Shown: positions 12,223-23,114, numbered from the stretch's first letter. The stretch: DNA of 64,000 nt from Rhodothermales bacterium (GCA_963726715.1 CAVSDF010000008.1:326982-390981); one strand, 5' to 3'. Numbers and translations are program-made. The notes: generated by a model from the letters alone, not told the origin.

Positions 12223-13233
12223 TCATCTCCGGTCCGAGCCGCGCGGCCACGGGTTGTAGATGTGCGCGCGGTGGTAGGCGAGGCGCTCTGGGTCGACTGG
12301 GTGCCCGTTCGTAGACCGAAGCGCGCCCTCATCACCGATCAGGCGGCCGTCGTCGGCGATCGTAACCGCTCCACGGTCGAAGCGGACGTGGCAGTTCGGG
12401 CACAGGCAGAGCAGATTGCCGGGAACGTCGGGGCCGTCGTGCGGGGCGCCGAGCGGCTGCACGTGCGCGGCTTCGGCGTACGGTCCGCCTGGCGTGTCGA
12501 GGCGCAGGCCGCAGAGTTGACAGGTGAAGTCGTGCGCCTGCTTGACAGATGCCATGGCCCGCGTGTCGCGGACGATCCGGTTCTGCGTTTCCAGCCTCCG
12601 GGGCGCCGGGCCGGTCTCCTCGGCAGCGGCAGCGTCTGAAAGACCCGACGAGGCGATGCCTTCCACCACCGAAGCGATGCGGTCGTAGGGCAGGCTGGCA
12701 AGGAGCCACAGCGGCAGCTTCGGTTCGCCGACGGCGCTGCCCGTTCCCTCACCGCGCCACGTCTCGCCCCATGCAGCAGCTTCGTCGCGCGGGAGGCGTT
12801 CGAGCCGGTACTGCCACACGAAAAAGCCGTCCTGCCCCCGCTCTTTCCAGTACGAGACCACGCGGTAGAGACCTTCGTAGCGGTATTCGCGGTCCCGAAA
12901 GCCGGTTGTGAGGCGGGCCACACGCACCGGACGGCCCGTGAGGGTGCTGCGGGCGAGCGACGCATTGTAGCCGTTCCACGGCTGGTCGGCCACCTGCCGG
13001 TTCTTCAGCGGGTCGCGCCCTCCCTGCCCCGTGTAGATGATGGCGTCGCCCTGAAACTGGTCGTCGCCGTACCCGCCGGAGAGGACGATCGACTCGGCAC
13101 CTTCGCCATCGTTCGAGCCGCAGATGCCGGGCTGCGTCGGGCGGTGGACCCCGGCGTGTGAGAGTTCGATCCGGTCGGCAAACGTCGCCCCGACGGGTAC
13201 ATCGGAAATGGCGCCGAAGTGACGGTCGGGCAT
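12223..13233 (-). CDS. SRA(YDG)-domain HNH endonuclease, putative modification-dependent (type IV) restriction enzyme
   Basis: ATG 13233 in ORF 12223..13350. The N-terminal half is SRA/YDG-like (HAGVHRPTQPGICG, IVLSGGYGDD, AIIYTGQGG, YRYEGLYRV). The C-terminus is an HNH (CQLCG...AAHVQP...NLLCLCPNCH). Confidence 0.75.
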   Translation of the reverse strand: MPDRHFGAISDVPVGATFADRIELSHAGVHRPTQPGICGSNDGEGAESIVLSGGYGDDQFQGDAIIYTGQGGRDPLKNRQVADQPWNGYNASLARSTLTGRPVRVARLTTGFRDREYRYEGLYRVVSYWKERGQDGFFVWQYRLERLPRDEAAAWGETWRGEGTGSAVGEPKLPLWLLASLPYDRIASVVEGIASSGLSDAAAAEETGPAPRRLETQNRIVRDTRAMASVKQAHDFTCQLCGLRLDTPGGPYAEAAHVQPLGAPHDGPDVPGNLLCLCPNCHVRFDRGAVTIADDGRLIGDEGALRSTNGHPVDPERLAYHRAHIYNPWPRGSDRR

Positions 13234-13408
13234 GGCAGAGGCTGGGCAGGCTGCGCCGACGATACGGCGGGGCGTGTGGAAAAACGGGACGGGGTGGAAG
13301 GAACCGGCTCTGACGTGCGTTGCAGGGGTGCGCGGCGCGGCGGTGGGCACAGGAGCCCGCCGCAGCGGCGCGGCTCAAACGCGCCCTTCGCGGGCGCCCC
13401 CAGCACCG

Positions 13409-15436
13409 ATGGACGAGTACCGCGTCCGGGCGGGCATCTTCGGCTCGCTCATCCTCATCGTCCTGACCATCCTCGGGATGCGCCTCGCGTGGCTGCAGCT
13501 GCTCGCGCGCGACCTGTATGCCAACGAGGCCACCAACAACGCCATCCGCGAGGTCTTCGTGCGCCCGGCGCGCGGCGCCGTCTACGACCGCAACGGCCTG
13601 CTGATGGTCGACAACGCCGCCTCGTACGCGCTCTCGCTCACGCCGCGCTACTTCCCGCACGCTCCCGGCACCCGGCACGTCGACTCGACGCGGGTCACGC
13701 TCCTCGCCGGTCTCCTCGGCGTGCCCGACTCGACCGTCTTCGCGCGCCTCGCCGTCGCCACCGAGCGAAACCCGGATGCGCCGACGGTGGCCTTCACCGA
13801 CCTCGACCTCGGCACCATCGGGCGCGTGCTCGCCGAGCAGTTCCGCTTCCGCACCGACGGCCACGAGGGCGTCTCGGTCGATGAGAAGCAGATGCGCCGC
13901 TACCTCACCGACGCCCGCGCGACGCACGCGATCGGCTACGTCCGAGAGATCGGCAAGACCGAACTCGGGCGCCGCTACGACGACGGATACCGCCGCGGCG
14001 ACCTCATCGGCGTGACCGGCGTCGAGCGCAACTACGAGATGTATTTGAGAGGGAAGCTCGGCCTCGATTATGTCGTCCGCAACGCGCGCGGCCTGCCGGT
14101 CGATACGCTCGCCGAGCGGAGCCAGACGGCCATCTCCGGCTACGATCTCGTGCTCACACTCGACAGCCGCTTGCAGGCGTTCGCCGAGAGCCTGTTCGTC
14201 GGCAAGCGCGGCGGGGCGGTCGCGCTCGATCCGCAGACGGGCGAGATTCTGTCGATGATCTCGATGCCGGATTACGACCTGACCACGTTCTCGCGCCCGG
14301 TTTCGCAGGACATGTGGCGCTACCTCAACGAGTCGAAGACGAAGCCGATGTTCAACCGGGCGACGCAGTCGATGCAGCCGCCCGGCTCGACATGGAAACC
14401 GTTCATGGCGCTCATGGCGCTCCAGGAGGGGTCTCTCAAGGTCGGCGAGCACATCTACTGCGGCGGGGGCCACCCGCTCGGCGGCGGGCGCTTCTTCCGC
14501 TGCATGCACCGCGACGGATCGATCGAGGTCGTGCAGGCCATCGAGCACTCGTGCAACACGTTCTTCTTCGAACTGATGTACCGAACCGATGTCAACACGT
14601 ATCAGCGGTACGCGCACATGTTCGGCTTCGGAGAGCGCGCCCTGACCGATGTCGGCGAGCAGACGCCGGGCCTCATCCCCGACTCCGCGTACTTCAACCG
14701 CAACTACGGCGTCGACAAGTGGGGACCGGGCTTCACGATCAACCTCGGCATCGGGCAGGGCAACATGGGGGCGACGCCGTTCGAGCTCGCGCGGTACGTC
14801 GGCATCGTCGGCGCCGCCGGGCGCAAACCCGCGCCGCACCTGATTCGCGAGCTGCGCCACCCCGAGACCGGCGAGACGATCCGCCCGACGATCCCGGCGC
14901 CGGAGACGCTGCCGATCAAGGACGAGTATTTCCAGCTCGTCCGCGACGGGATGCGGGGCGTGATGGAGCGCGGAACGGGCCGGAGCCTTCAAATCCCCAA
15001 CATCCTGTCGGGCGGCAAGACGGGCACGGCGCAGGCGCCGGGCGTCGCGCGGCGCGACAACTCGGTGTTCATCATGTTCGCGCCCTTCGACAATCCGAAG
15101 ATCGCCATCGCCGTGCAGGTGGAGAACGCGGGCTTCGGCGCCACCGCCGCCGGTCCGATCGCGTCGCTGATGGCCGAGTACTACCTCACCGGCACGATCT
15201 CGCCCGAGCGGAAGGCGCTCGTCGCGCGCGCCGTTGCGGCGCAGAGCCAGGCGCTGCCCGGCGACGACATCGCCCCGCCGCGCCGCGCTGGCACCCGCGA
15301 GGAAGGCCGCTCGACGCTCAACGACGACGGTCCGGACGCGCAGGGCCGCATCCGCCCGACGCCCCCACCCTCGACGACGCTCCGCACGAACGCCCCCGGC
15401 GCCGCCGCCGTCCCCGCCCGTCCGACGACGCGGTGA
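13409..15436 (+). CDS. mrdA: penicillin-binding protein 2 (elongasome transpeptidase)
   Basis: ATG 13409 in ORF 13232..15436. TM anchor, RGAVYDRNG, and the transpeptidase motifs STWKP, SCN and KTGTAQ. Followed by rodA. Confidence 0.9.
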   Translation: MDEYRVRAGIFGSLILIVLTILGMRLAWLQLLARDLYANEATNNAIREVFVRPARGAVYDRNGLLMVDNAASYALSLTPRYFPHAPGTRHVDSTRVTLLAGLLGVPDSTVFARLAVATERNPDAPTVAFTDLDLGTIGRVLAEQFRFRTDGHEGVSVDEKQMRRYLTDARATHAIGYVREIGKTELGRRYDDGYRRGDLIGVTGVERNYEMYLRGKLGLDYVVRNARGLPVDTLAERSQTAISGYDLVLTLDSRLQAFAESLFVGKRGGAVALDPQTGEILSMISMPDYDLTTFSRPVSQDMWRYLNESKTKPMFNRATQSMQPPGSTWKPFMALMALQEGSLKVGEHIYCGGGHPLGGGRFFRCMHRDGSIEVVQAIEHSCNTFFFELMYRTDVNTYQRYAHMFGFGERALTDVGEQTPGLIPDSAYFNRNYGVDKWGPGFTINLGIGQGNMGATPFELARYVGIVGAAGRKPAPHLIRELRHPETGETIRPTIPAPETLPIKDEYFQLVRDGMRGVMERGTGRSLQIPNILSGGKTGTAQAPGVARRDNSVFIMFAPFDNPKIAIAVQVENAGFGATAAGPIASLMAEYYLTGTISPERKALVARAVAAQSQALPGDDIAPPRRAGTREEGRSTLNDDGPDAQGRIRPTPPPSTTLRTNAPGAAAVPARPTTR

Positions 15437-15662
15437 CGGGGGCCACAGGCGGCGCATGACGACGGCGCCGCCCGCGTCGGCCTGCGATTTACGCGCCGAA
15501 CGTTCCGTGCCCACCGAACGTCCACACGCATGAACGGCGTCTCCCCATCCGACCGTTCGGCGCCCCGGCCTGCGCGCCACCCCGGCCGCCCCCGACGCCC
15601 CGCACATTTCGCCCGTTCGCCCCGCGCGCCCGCACTGCGCGCCCGCACATCCTCGATCCCTC

Positions 15663-16922
15663 ATGCGTCCCTGGTACCGGCAGCTCGACTGGCTTCTTCT
15701 GTTCGCGTGGGCGGGCCTCGGTGGGCTTGGCCTGCTCGCCATCTTCTCGACGACGACAGGGCAGGGCGCCGAATACCTGCTCGACTCGGTCCGGGGCAAC
15801 TATGCCCGGCAGGTGCAGTGGTTCGTCATCTCCGTCGTCGCGCTCGGGCTGTGCCTGACGCGCCCGCCGCGCTTCTTTCAGGCGATTGCGTGGCCCGCGT
15901 ACGCGTTCGGCCTCCTGCTCATGATCGCAACGGCGCTGTTCGGGCGTGAGGTCAACGGTGCCAAGGCGTGGTTCTACATCGGCGGATTCGGCCTTCAAAC
16001 GTCCGAGCCGGTCAAGGTGGCGACGCTCCTCGCCGTCGCCGCCATCCTGTCGACGCGCAACCCGCGCGAGAGCGGCCTCAAACAGGGCATCCTCGCCACG
16101 GTCCTGCTGCTGATTCCGGCGGCCATCGTCATCGGGCCGCAGCGCGATACGGGCACCGGCCTCGTCTTTCTCGGCCTCATCCCGATCATGCTCTTCTGGA
16201 GCGGCCTGCCGCTCTGGGTGCTCGCCATGATGATCGCGCCCGCCATCGCCGGGTACTTCTCGATCGTCTACATGCCCGTCGCCATCGCGGTGACGGTCAT
16301 CTTCACGCTCGGCGTCTGGGTGACGACGCGCAACCGAAAGATGGTCCTCGTGGCCCTCCTGCTCACCGGCGGGGTGACGATGGCCTCGTCGGTGGCCGTC
16401 TCGGCGCTTCAACCGCACCAGGTGGCGCGCATCAAGTCGTTCACGAACCCCGAGGCCGACGAGTACAAGGACAACGTCGGCTATCACCTCGTGCAGTCGA
16501 AGGCGGCCATCGGCGCGGGGGGCCTCCTCGGCAAGGGCTTCCGCAAGGGCACACAGACGCAGGGGGCCTACATCCCCGAGCAGTCGACGGACTTCGTCTT
16601 CTCGATCATCGGCGAGGAGTTCGGCTTCATGGGGTCGCTGGCGGTGCTGCTGCTGTACGGGTTGCTGCTCGGGCGACTGGTGCGCGTCGGGGCGCAGATG
16701 CGAAGTCCGTTCGGGTCGATGATGGCGGCGGGGGCGGCGGGCATCTTCCTGATCCACCTCTTCGTGAACCTGGGGATGGTGACGGGCCTGCTGCCGGTCA
16801 TCGGCATCCCGCTGCCGTTCATCTCGTACGGCGGCTCGGCGCTCCTCGCCAACTCGCTGCTCCTCGCCATCGTGGTGACGCTCCACATGCGGCGGGATGA
16901 CTTCTCGGTGTACGGGGCGTGA
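15663..16922 (+). CDS. rodA: peptidoglycan glycosyltransferase RodA (SEDS family)
   Basis: ORF 15663..16922. A polytopic membrane protein with a typical RodA/FtsW N-terminus (LDWLLLFAWAGLGGLGLLAIFS) and C-terminus (PLPFISYGGSALL). Downstream of mrdA. Confidence 0.9.
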   Translation: MRPWYRQLDWLLLFAWAGLGGLGLLAIFSTTTGQGAEYLLDSVRGNYARQVQWFVISVVALGLCLTRPPRFFQAIAWPAYAFGLLLMIATALFGREVNGAKAWFYIGGFGLQTSEPVKVATLLAVAAILSTRNPRESGLKQGILATVLLLIPAAIVIGPQRDTGTGLVFLGLIPIMLFWSGLPLWVLAMMIAPAIAGYFSIVYMPVAIAVTVIFTLGVWVTTRNRKMVLVALLLTGGVTMASSVAVSALQPHQVARIKSFTNPEADEYKDNVGYHLVQSKAAIGAGGLLGKGFRKGTQTQGAYIPEQSTDFVFSIIGEEFGFMGSLAVLLLYGLLLGRLVRVGAQMRSPFGSMMAAGAAGIFLIHLFVNLGMVTGLLPVIGIPLPFISYGGSALLANSLLLAIVVTLHMRRDDFSVYGA

Positions 16923-17137
16923 GCATCCCCCGCGACGGCCCGTTGCACGCGGGCGTCATGCTCTTCTTCCTCGCGGAAAGAGGGTTTCGCCGTGGAACGC
17001 CGTTGTCGTTGCGTTCGGCGCTTCCGCTGCGTGATCCCGCACCATCGCGACACGTCGTGGCCAGATCGCCGCTGCATCCCCTTGCGAATCGGAATGGTCG
17101 TTGGAACGTCGAATTGGACGACCCGGTACACCGGCCC

Positions 17138-17467
17138 ATGACGCTTCGCCCGTTGCTGCTCGCCCTGTTCCTGATTGCGCTTACCGGCGCAGCCATGACC
17201 GGGCGTGCCGCTGCGGCTCCTGCCGCGGTCGCCGGAGAACAGGCCATCTCCGCCGTCTCGTCCGCGTCGTCGCCCGCCGATGTGCCGGCCACGGACGGTT
17301 CGTGGCTCGCGGGTGAGGAGACGTCTCCCGAGGCGCCGTTCGGCGTCGAGGCCCACGCCGCTGCCTCCGTGCTGCGCGCCGGAGCCGACGCCCTCCGCCA
17401 CGCGCCCGCCAGCGCGCCGCCCGCGGCCGGGCACGGCGCGCCTTCGTCTCCGCCGCCGGAACGCTGA
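17138..17467 (+). CDS. hypothetical secreted protein (109 aa)
   Basis: ATG 17138. MTLRPLLLALFLIALTGAAMTGRAAAAP looks like a signal peptide, followed by low-complexity Ala/Ser/Pro sequence. Confidence 0.35.
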   Translation: MTLRPLLLALFLIALTGAAMTGRAAAAPAAVAGEQAISAVSSASSPADVPATDGSWLAGEETSPEAPFGVEAHAAASVLRAGADALRHAPASAPPAAGHGAPSSPPPER

Positions 17468-17645
17468 CGCCGACGGCCTCGCCGGTGCTGCGCACGTGTC
17501 CGTGTGCGCCCGCGCGAGTCGTCCGGCACCTTTGCCTGCACGCCGCTGCGCGCCCCTGTGGCTGCGCGCGGCGTGCGCTCCCGTCCGTCCCGCACCGTGC
17601 GTGGACGGCGTCCTACCCCCCGCTTTCAGCCCTTCCTTCCGACCG

Positions 17646-18425
17646 ATGCGTCGCCTTCGTTTTTTCCTCCCCGTCCTTGTCCTCTCGTTCTCGAGCGCCT
17701 GCGTGACCGCGCAGCCGCGCACGGGCGCTCCCGCAGTTACCGACGCCACCGGCCGCGAACTCACCGCCGCGCTCACGAAAGAGGCGCAGGCGGCTCTCAC
17801 GCCCGCGAGTGTCCTGCAACTGCTCAAGGACGGCAACGAGCGCTTCCTCGGGGGCCGCGCCGTCGAGCGCAACTACCTCGAGCAGATCCGCCAGACCTCA
17901 GGCGGCCAGTACCCGATGGCCACCATCCTCGGCTGCATCGACAGCCGCGTGCCGCACGAGATCGTCTTCGACAAGGGCGTCGGCGACGTGTTCTCGGCGC
18001 GCGTCGCGGGCAACTTCGTCAACACCGACATCCTCGGCAGCATGGAATTCGCCACCGCCGTGGCCGGCTCCAGGCTCATCGTCGTGCTCGGCCACACCGA
18101 GTGCGGCGCCGTCAAGGGCGCCTGCGACCACGTCGAGCTCGGCAACCTCACGAGCACGCTCGCCAACATCGCCCCGGCGGTCTACTCGGTCGACGACGTC
18201 GAGGGACCGCGCCGCTCGTCGAACAAGGCGTTCGTAGAGGCGGTCTCGCGCGCGAACGTGAGCATGAACGTGAACAACATCGTCAACCGCAGCCCCGTCA
18301 TCCGCGACCTCGTCGCCGAGGGCAAGCTGGCGGTCGTCGGCGCGATGCACGACGTCACGACCGGGCGCGTGACGTTCATGGAGGCGTCGATGATCACGAG
18401 CGCGAACGTCAACACCCGGCGCTGA
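17646..18425 (+). CDS. beta-class carbonic anhydrase with signal peptide
   Basis: ATG 17646 in ORF 17205..18425. MRRLRFFLPVLVLSFSSACV is a signal. Zinc-ligand motifs GCIDSRVP and GHTECGAV. Confidence 0.85.
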   Translation: MRRLRFFLPVLVLSFSSACVTAQPRTGAPAVTDATGRELTAALTKEAQAALTPASVLQLLKDGNERFLGGRAVERNYLEQIRQTSGGQYPMATILGCIDSRVPHEIVFDKGVGDVFSARVAGNFVNTDILGSMEFATAVAGSRLIVVLGHTECGAVKGACDHVELGNLTSTLANIAPAVYSVDDVEGPRRSSNKAFVEAVSRANVSMNVNNIVNRSPVIRDLVAEGKLAVVGAMHDVTTGRVTFMEASMITSANVNTRR

Positions 18426-18571
18426 CCGGCTGCGCCACTCGCCACCGCAGAGGGCCTGGCACGGATTCGTCCGCGTCAGGCCCTCGCGCGTGTTCGGACG
18501 TTTCCACCGACGCGAGACGCCCCCGCCCGGCACAGCGGCCGGACGGGGGCGGTGGGGGCACGCCGCGCGGA

Positions 18572-20087
18572 TCAGGCGGCGCCGCGGAGGCTCTTGTCCT
18601 GGTCCTTGACGACGAAGCGCGCGTCGAGACGGGCCACTTCGGTGGCCAGCCCGGCCGTTTCGACGGCGTTCAGGACCTCGCGGAAGTCCTTGTAGGCCGC
18701 CGGGGCCTCGTCGATCGGGTACTGGCGGCAGTTGCTCAGGATGTCGGCGGCCTCGAACGACGCGTCGACGCTGGCCTGGTCGAGCGTGCGGAAGGCGGCC
18801 TTGCGGCCCAGCGCGCGGCCGGCGCCGTGGTTGACGCTGTACAGGTTGCTCGCCGCGCCCGTCCGCCGCGACCATCACCGACGAGCCGGCCTGCGGGTTG
18901 CCCGGCAGCAGGATCGGGTGGCCGGTCGTCGGCGAACGGCGTGCCCGCGAGCGCTGGTGGCCGCCCGGGAGCGCGCGCGTCGCGCCCTTGCGGTGGACCC
19001 ACGCCGTGCGGCCCTCGTCGGTCGTCTCCTGCCGCGCGATGTTGTGCCTGATGAAGTAGACGAGGTGCCCGGTCGTGCCCGGCAGCACTTCCTGGAACGC
19101 CTCCAGCACGAGCGCGTTGATGAGCAGGTGGTTGACCGTGGCGAAGTTGGCGCCGAGGGCCATGTCGTCGAGGTAGTGCGTCGGCCTCGGCGGTGCCGAG
19201 GCGGCGTAGACGAGTTCCTTGTCGCCGCCGGGCAGCGCGCGCCCGGTGGCCTCGAAGTGCGCCTGGAGGCGGCGGAATTCGTGCTGCGCGAGCGCGTGGC
19301 CGAAGCCGCGCGAGCCGCAGTGGGAGAGGAACGCGACGTGGCCGTCGCGCAGCCCGAACGTCTCGGCGGTGGCCGCGTGGTCGTCGCGTACGCGCACGAC
19401 CTCGCACTCGCCGAAGTGGTTGCCGCCGCCGTACGAGCCGAGCTGGCGAATCTTTTCGGCAGGTTCGAGAGCACGCCGTCGCGTCATCAGCCGGTCGAGG
19501 TGCGCCGCGAGCGCCTCCGCCGTGCCGTCGTGGCCGACGTGGACGGCGTCCTCGCACCGCTCGGCCCAGTCGAGCGGGATGCCGAGCGAGGCGAGCACGT
19601 CGGGCGTAGCGCCGCCGACGACCGCGCGCCAGCCGTCCGCCTCGGCGATGCGGCGGCTCTTGCGCACCGACCGCTGGCCCTGGCCCGCGCCGGTCGGCGT
19701 GCGCGCGACGATGGCGTCGATGAGGGCGCGGCGCGTGGCGCGGTCGGCGATGGCCTCCGCGGGAACGTCGATCTGGAGCAGGCTCATCGAGCACTTGATG
19801 TCGACGCCGACCGGGCCCGGATAGACGTGCGTCGGCGAGACGAGGGCGCAGCCGATCGGGGCGCCGTAGCCCGCGTGGGCGTCCGGGTTGAGCACGAGGG
19901 CCGTGACGCCGGGAGCGCTGCGCGTGCTGAGCGCCTGGTCGAGGCAGACGGTGTCGAAGCGGTCGAGGAGCGCGGGCGTGGCGACGACCGGCACCGGCTT
20001 CATGGCGCCGGCGGCGTCGGTGAGGAGGGCGGTGGCGGCGCCGGTCTGGGTGAGGCGAGCGCCGTAGCGCGATTCGGTGGACTGCAT
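18572..20087 (-). CDS. rtcB: RNA ligase RtcB (frame broken near 18848-18872; probable compensating pair near 18918-18965)
   Basis: ATG 20087. Motifs NPDAHAGYGAPIG, GSYGGGNHFGE and LSHCGSRGFG. The C-terminal 95 aa, with NLYSVNHGAGRALGRK...PIDEAPAAYKDF...VKDQDKSLRGAA and a stop at 18572, are in another frame. 1516 nt is not divisible by 3. Confidence 0.85.
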
Positions 20088-20141
20088 GGCAGCAGGGGGG
20101 ATAACGTGGCGCCCCGGTCGTCGGGGCGTGGCGGGTCTCCT

Positions 20142-20157
20142 TGCCGCAACCGTGCCA
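20142..20157 (-). promoter_or_regulatory. candidate sigma-54 (-24/-12) promoter of rtcB
   Basis: The minus strand reads TGGCACGGTTGCGGCA, i.e. GG-N10-GC spacing with TGGCAC at -24, about 55 nt upstream of the rtcB ATG and facing away from rtcR. The -12 box is imperfect (CGGCA versus TTGCW). Confidence 0.55.
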
Positions 20158-20265
20158 GAGTTCAAACGTGGCGTTTCGGACTCAAAATCACAGATCGGCG
20201 GAGCGCGGCACGTCCACTTCGTATCCTGGGGGCACGTGTTTTTATCCGTCTGTCTACCCCATCCG

Positions 20266-21867
20266 ATGCCCGAACCTGCCGAAGACCCGCGCCCGCTCGT
20301 CGTCATCGGAATGCTCGGGGTCGTCAAGGACTCCGGGGCGGGCGAGAAGCGGTGGCTCAAGTGGCGCCCGACCGTCGCCGCCTGCACGGCGCCGGAGCTT
20401 CCCGTCGCGCGGCTCGACCTGATCGCGCAGCCGTGGCACATGGACATCGCCGCGACCGTCGCCGCGGACATCCGCGAGCGTTCGCCCGCGACCGAAACCG
20501 CGCTGCACGGCGTCGCCATCGACGATCCGTGGGACTTCGAGCAGGTCTACGCCGCCCTCGCCGACTGGGCCGAGGCGTATCCGTTCGACACCGAGCGCGA
20601 GCGCTACGCCCTCCACATGACGACCGGCACGCACGTCGTCCAGATCGTCCTCTTCCTCCTCGCCGAGACGCGCGCCGTGCCTGCCGTGCTCTTGCAGGCC
20701 GCGCCGCCGCGTCCGGGCGCCGACGGCGGCAGCGTCCAACTCGTCGACCTCGACCTCGGGCGCTACGACCGCCTCGCCCGCCGCGCCGCGCGCCGCGCCG
20801 AGGCCCGCCGCGCCGACCTGCGCCTCGGCCTGCCGAGCGCCGACGCCGCCTACGACCGCCTGATCTCGCTCGTCGAGCGCGTCGCCGTCGCCTCCGACGC
20901 GCCGATGCTGTTCACCGGCGCCACCGGCACCGGCAAGACCGCCCTCGCGCGGCGCGTCTACCACGCCAAGCGCGCCGCCGGGCGCCTGCGCCGCGACCGC
21001 TTCGAGGCCGTCAACTGCGCCGCCCTCCGCGGCGACACGCTCCTCTCGACGCTCTTCGGCCACGTCCGCGGCGCCTTCACCGGCGCCGACCGCGTCCGCG
21101 AGGGGCATCTCCGGCGCGCCGACGGCGGCGTGCTCTTCCTCGACGAGATCGGCGATTTGCCGCTCGAAGCGCAGGCCGTGCTGCTCACCGCCCTCGAAGA
21201 CGGACGCTTCCGCCCGCTCGGCGCCGACGCCGATGTCGAGAGCCGCTTCACGCTCCTCGCCGGCACGCACCGCGACCTCGCCGCCGACGTCGCCGCGGGG
21301 CGCTTCCGCGAGGACCTGCTCGCGCGCATCGCCCTCTGGTCGTTCCACCTGCCCGCGCTCCGCGACCGCCCGCTCGACCTCGCCGCCAACCTCGACTACG
21401 AACTCGACCGCGTCTCCGACGCCACCGGGCGCCGGGTGACGATGAGCCGCGAGGCCCGCGAGCGCTTCCTCGCCTTCGCCACCGCCCCGGACGCCCTGTG
21501 GAGCGGCAACTTCCGCGACCTCGGCGCCGCCGTCGCCCGCATGTCCACCCTCGCCGACGCGGGCCGCATCACCACCGCCGATGTCGACGCCGAGACCGCC
21601 CGCCTGCGCGCGGCGTGGCGCGGCGCCGCCGCCGACCCGCTCGACGCCGTTCTCGGCCCCGAGCGCGCCGCCGACCTCGACCTCTTCGACCGCGCCCAGC
21701 TCGCCGCCGTCGTCGCCGTCGTGCGCCAGAGCGCGAGCCTCTCCGACGCCGGTCGCCGCCTCTTCGCCGCCAGCCGCGCCCGCCGCGCCACGACCAACGA
21801 CGCCGACCGACTGCGCAAGTACCTCGCCCGCTTCGGCCTCACCTTCGACGCGATCCGCGCCGCCTAA
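20266..21867 (+). CDS. rtcR: sigma-54-dependent transcriptional activator RtcR (CARF-like N-domain plus AAA+)
   Basis: ATG 20266 in ORF 20077..21867. AAA+ motifs FTGATGTGKT, GAFTGA and VLFLDEIGDL. N-domain typical of RtcR (LVVIGMLG...KWRPTV). Divergent from rtcB. Confidence 0.85.
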   Translation: MPEPAEDPRPLVVIGMLGVVKDSGAGEKRWLKWRPTVAACTAPELPVARLDLIAQPWHMDIAATVAADIRERSPATETALHGVAIDDPWDFEQVYAALADWAEAYPFDTERERYALHMTTGTHVVQIVLFLLAETRAVPAVLLQAAPPRPGADGGSVQLVDLDLGRYDRLARRAARRAEARRADLRLGLPSADAAYDRLISLVERVAVASDAPMLFTGATGTGKTALARRVYHAKRAAGRLRRDRFEAVNCAALRGDTLLSTLFGHVRGAFTGADRVREGHLRRADGGVLFLDEIGDLPLEAQAVLLTALEDGRFRPLGADADVESRFTLLAGTHRDLAADVAAGRFREDLLARIALWSFHLPALRDRPLDLAANLDYELDRVSDATGRRVTMSREARERFLAFATAPDALWSGNFRDLGAAVARMSTLADAGRITTADVDAETARLRAAWRGAAADPLDAVLGPERAADLDLFDRAQLAAVVAVVRQSASLSDAGRRLFAASRARRATTNDADRLRKYLARFGLTFDAIRAA

Positions 21868-21872
21868 CGACC

Positions 21873-23114
<1,242 letters not shown>

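Noticed and set aside
11091-13233. Adenosine deaminase plus SRA-HNH as a two-gene defence operon, by analogy with deaminase-containing defence systems.
   Set aside because: The genes are convergent, with stops 22 nt apart, so they are not co-transcribed. The deaminase has the ordinary housekeeping ADA architecture and size.
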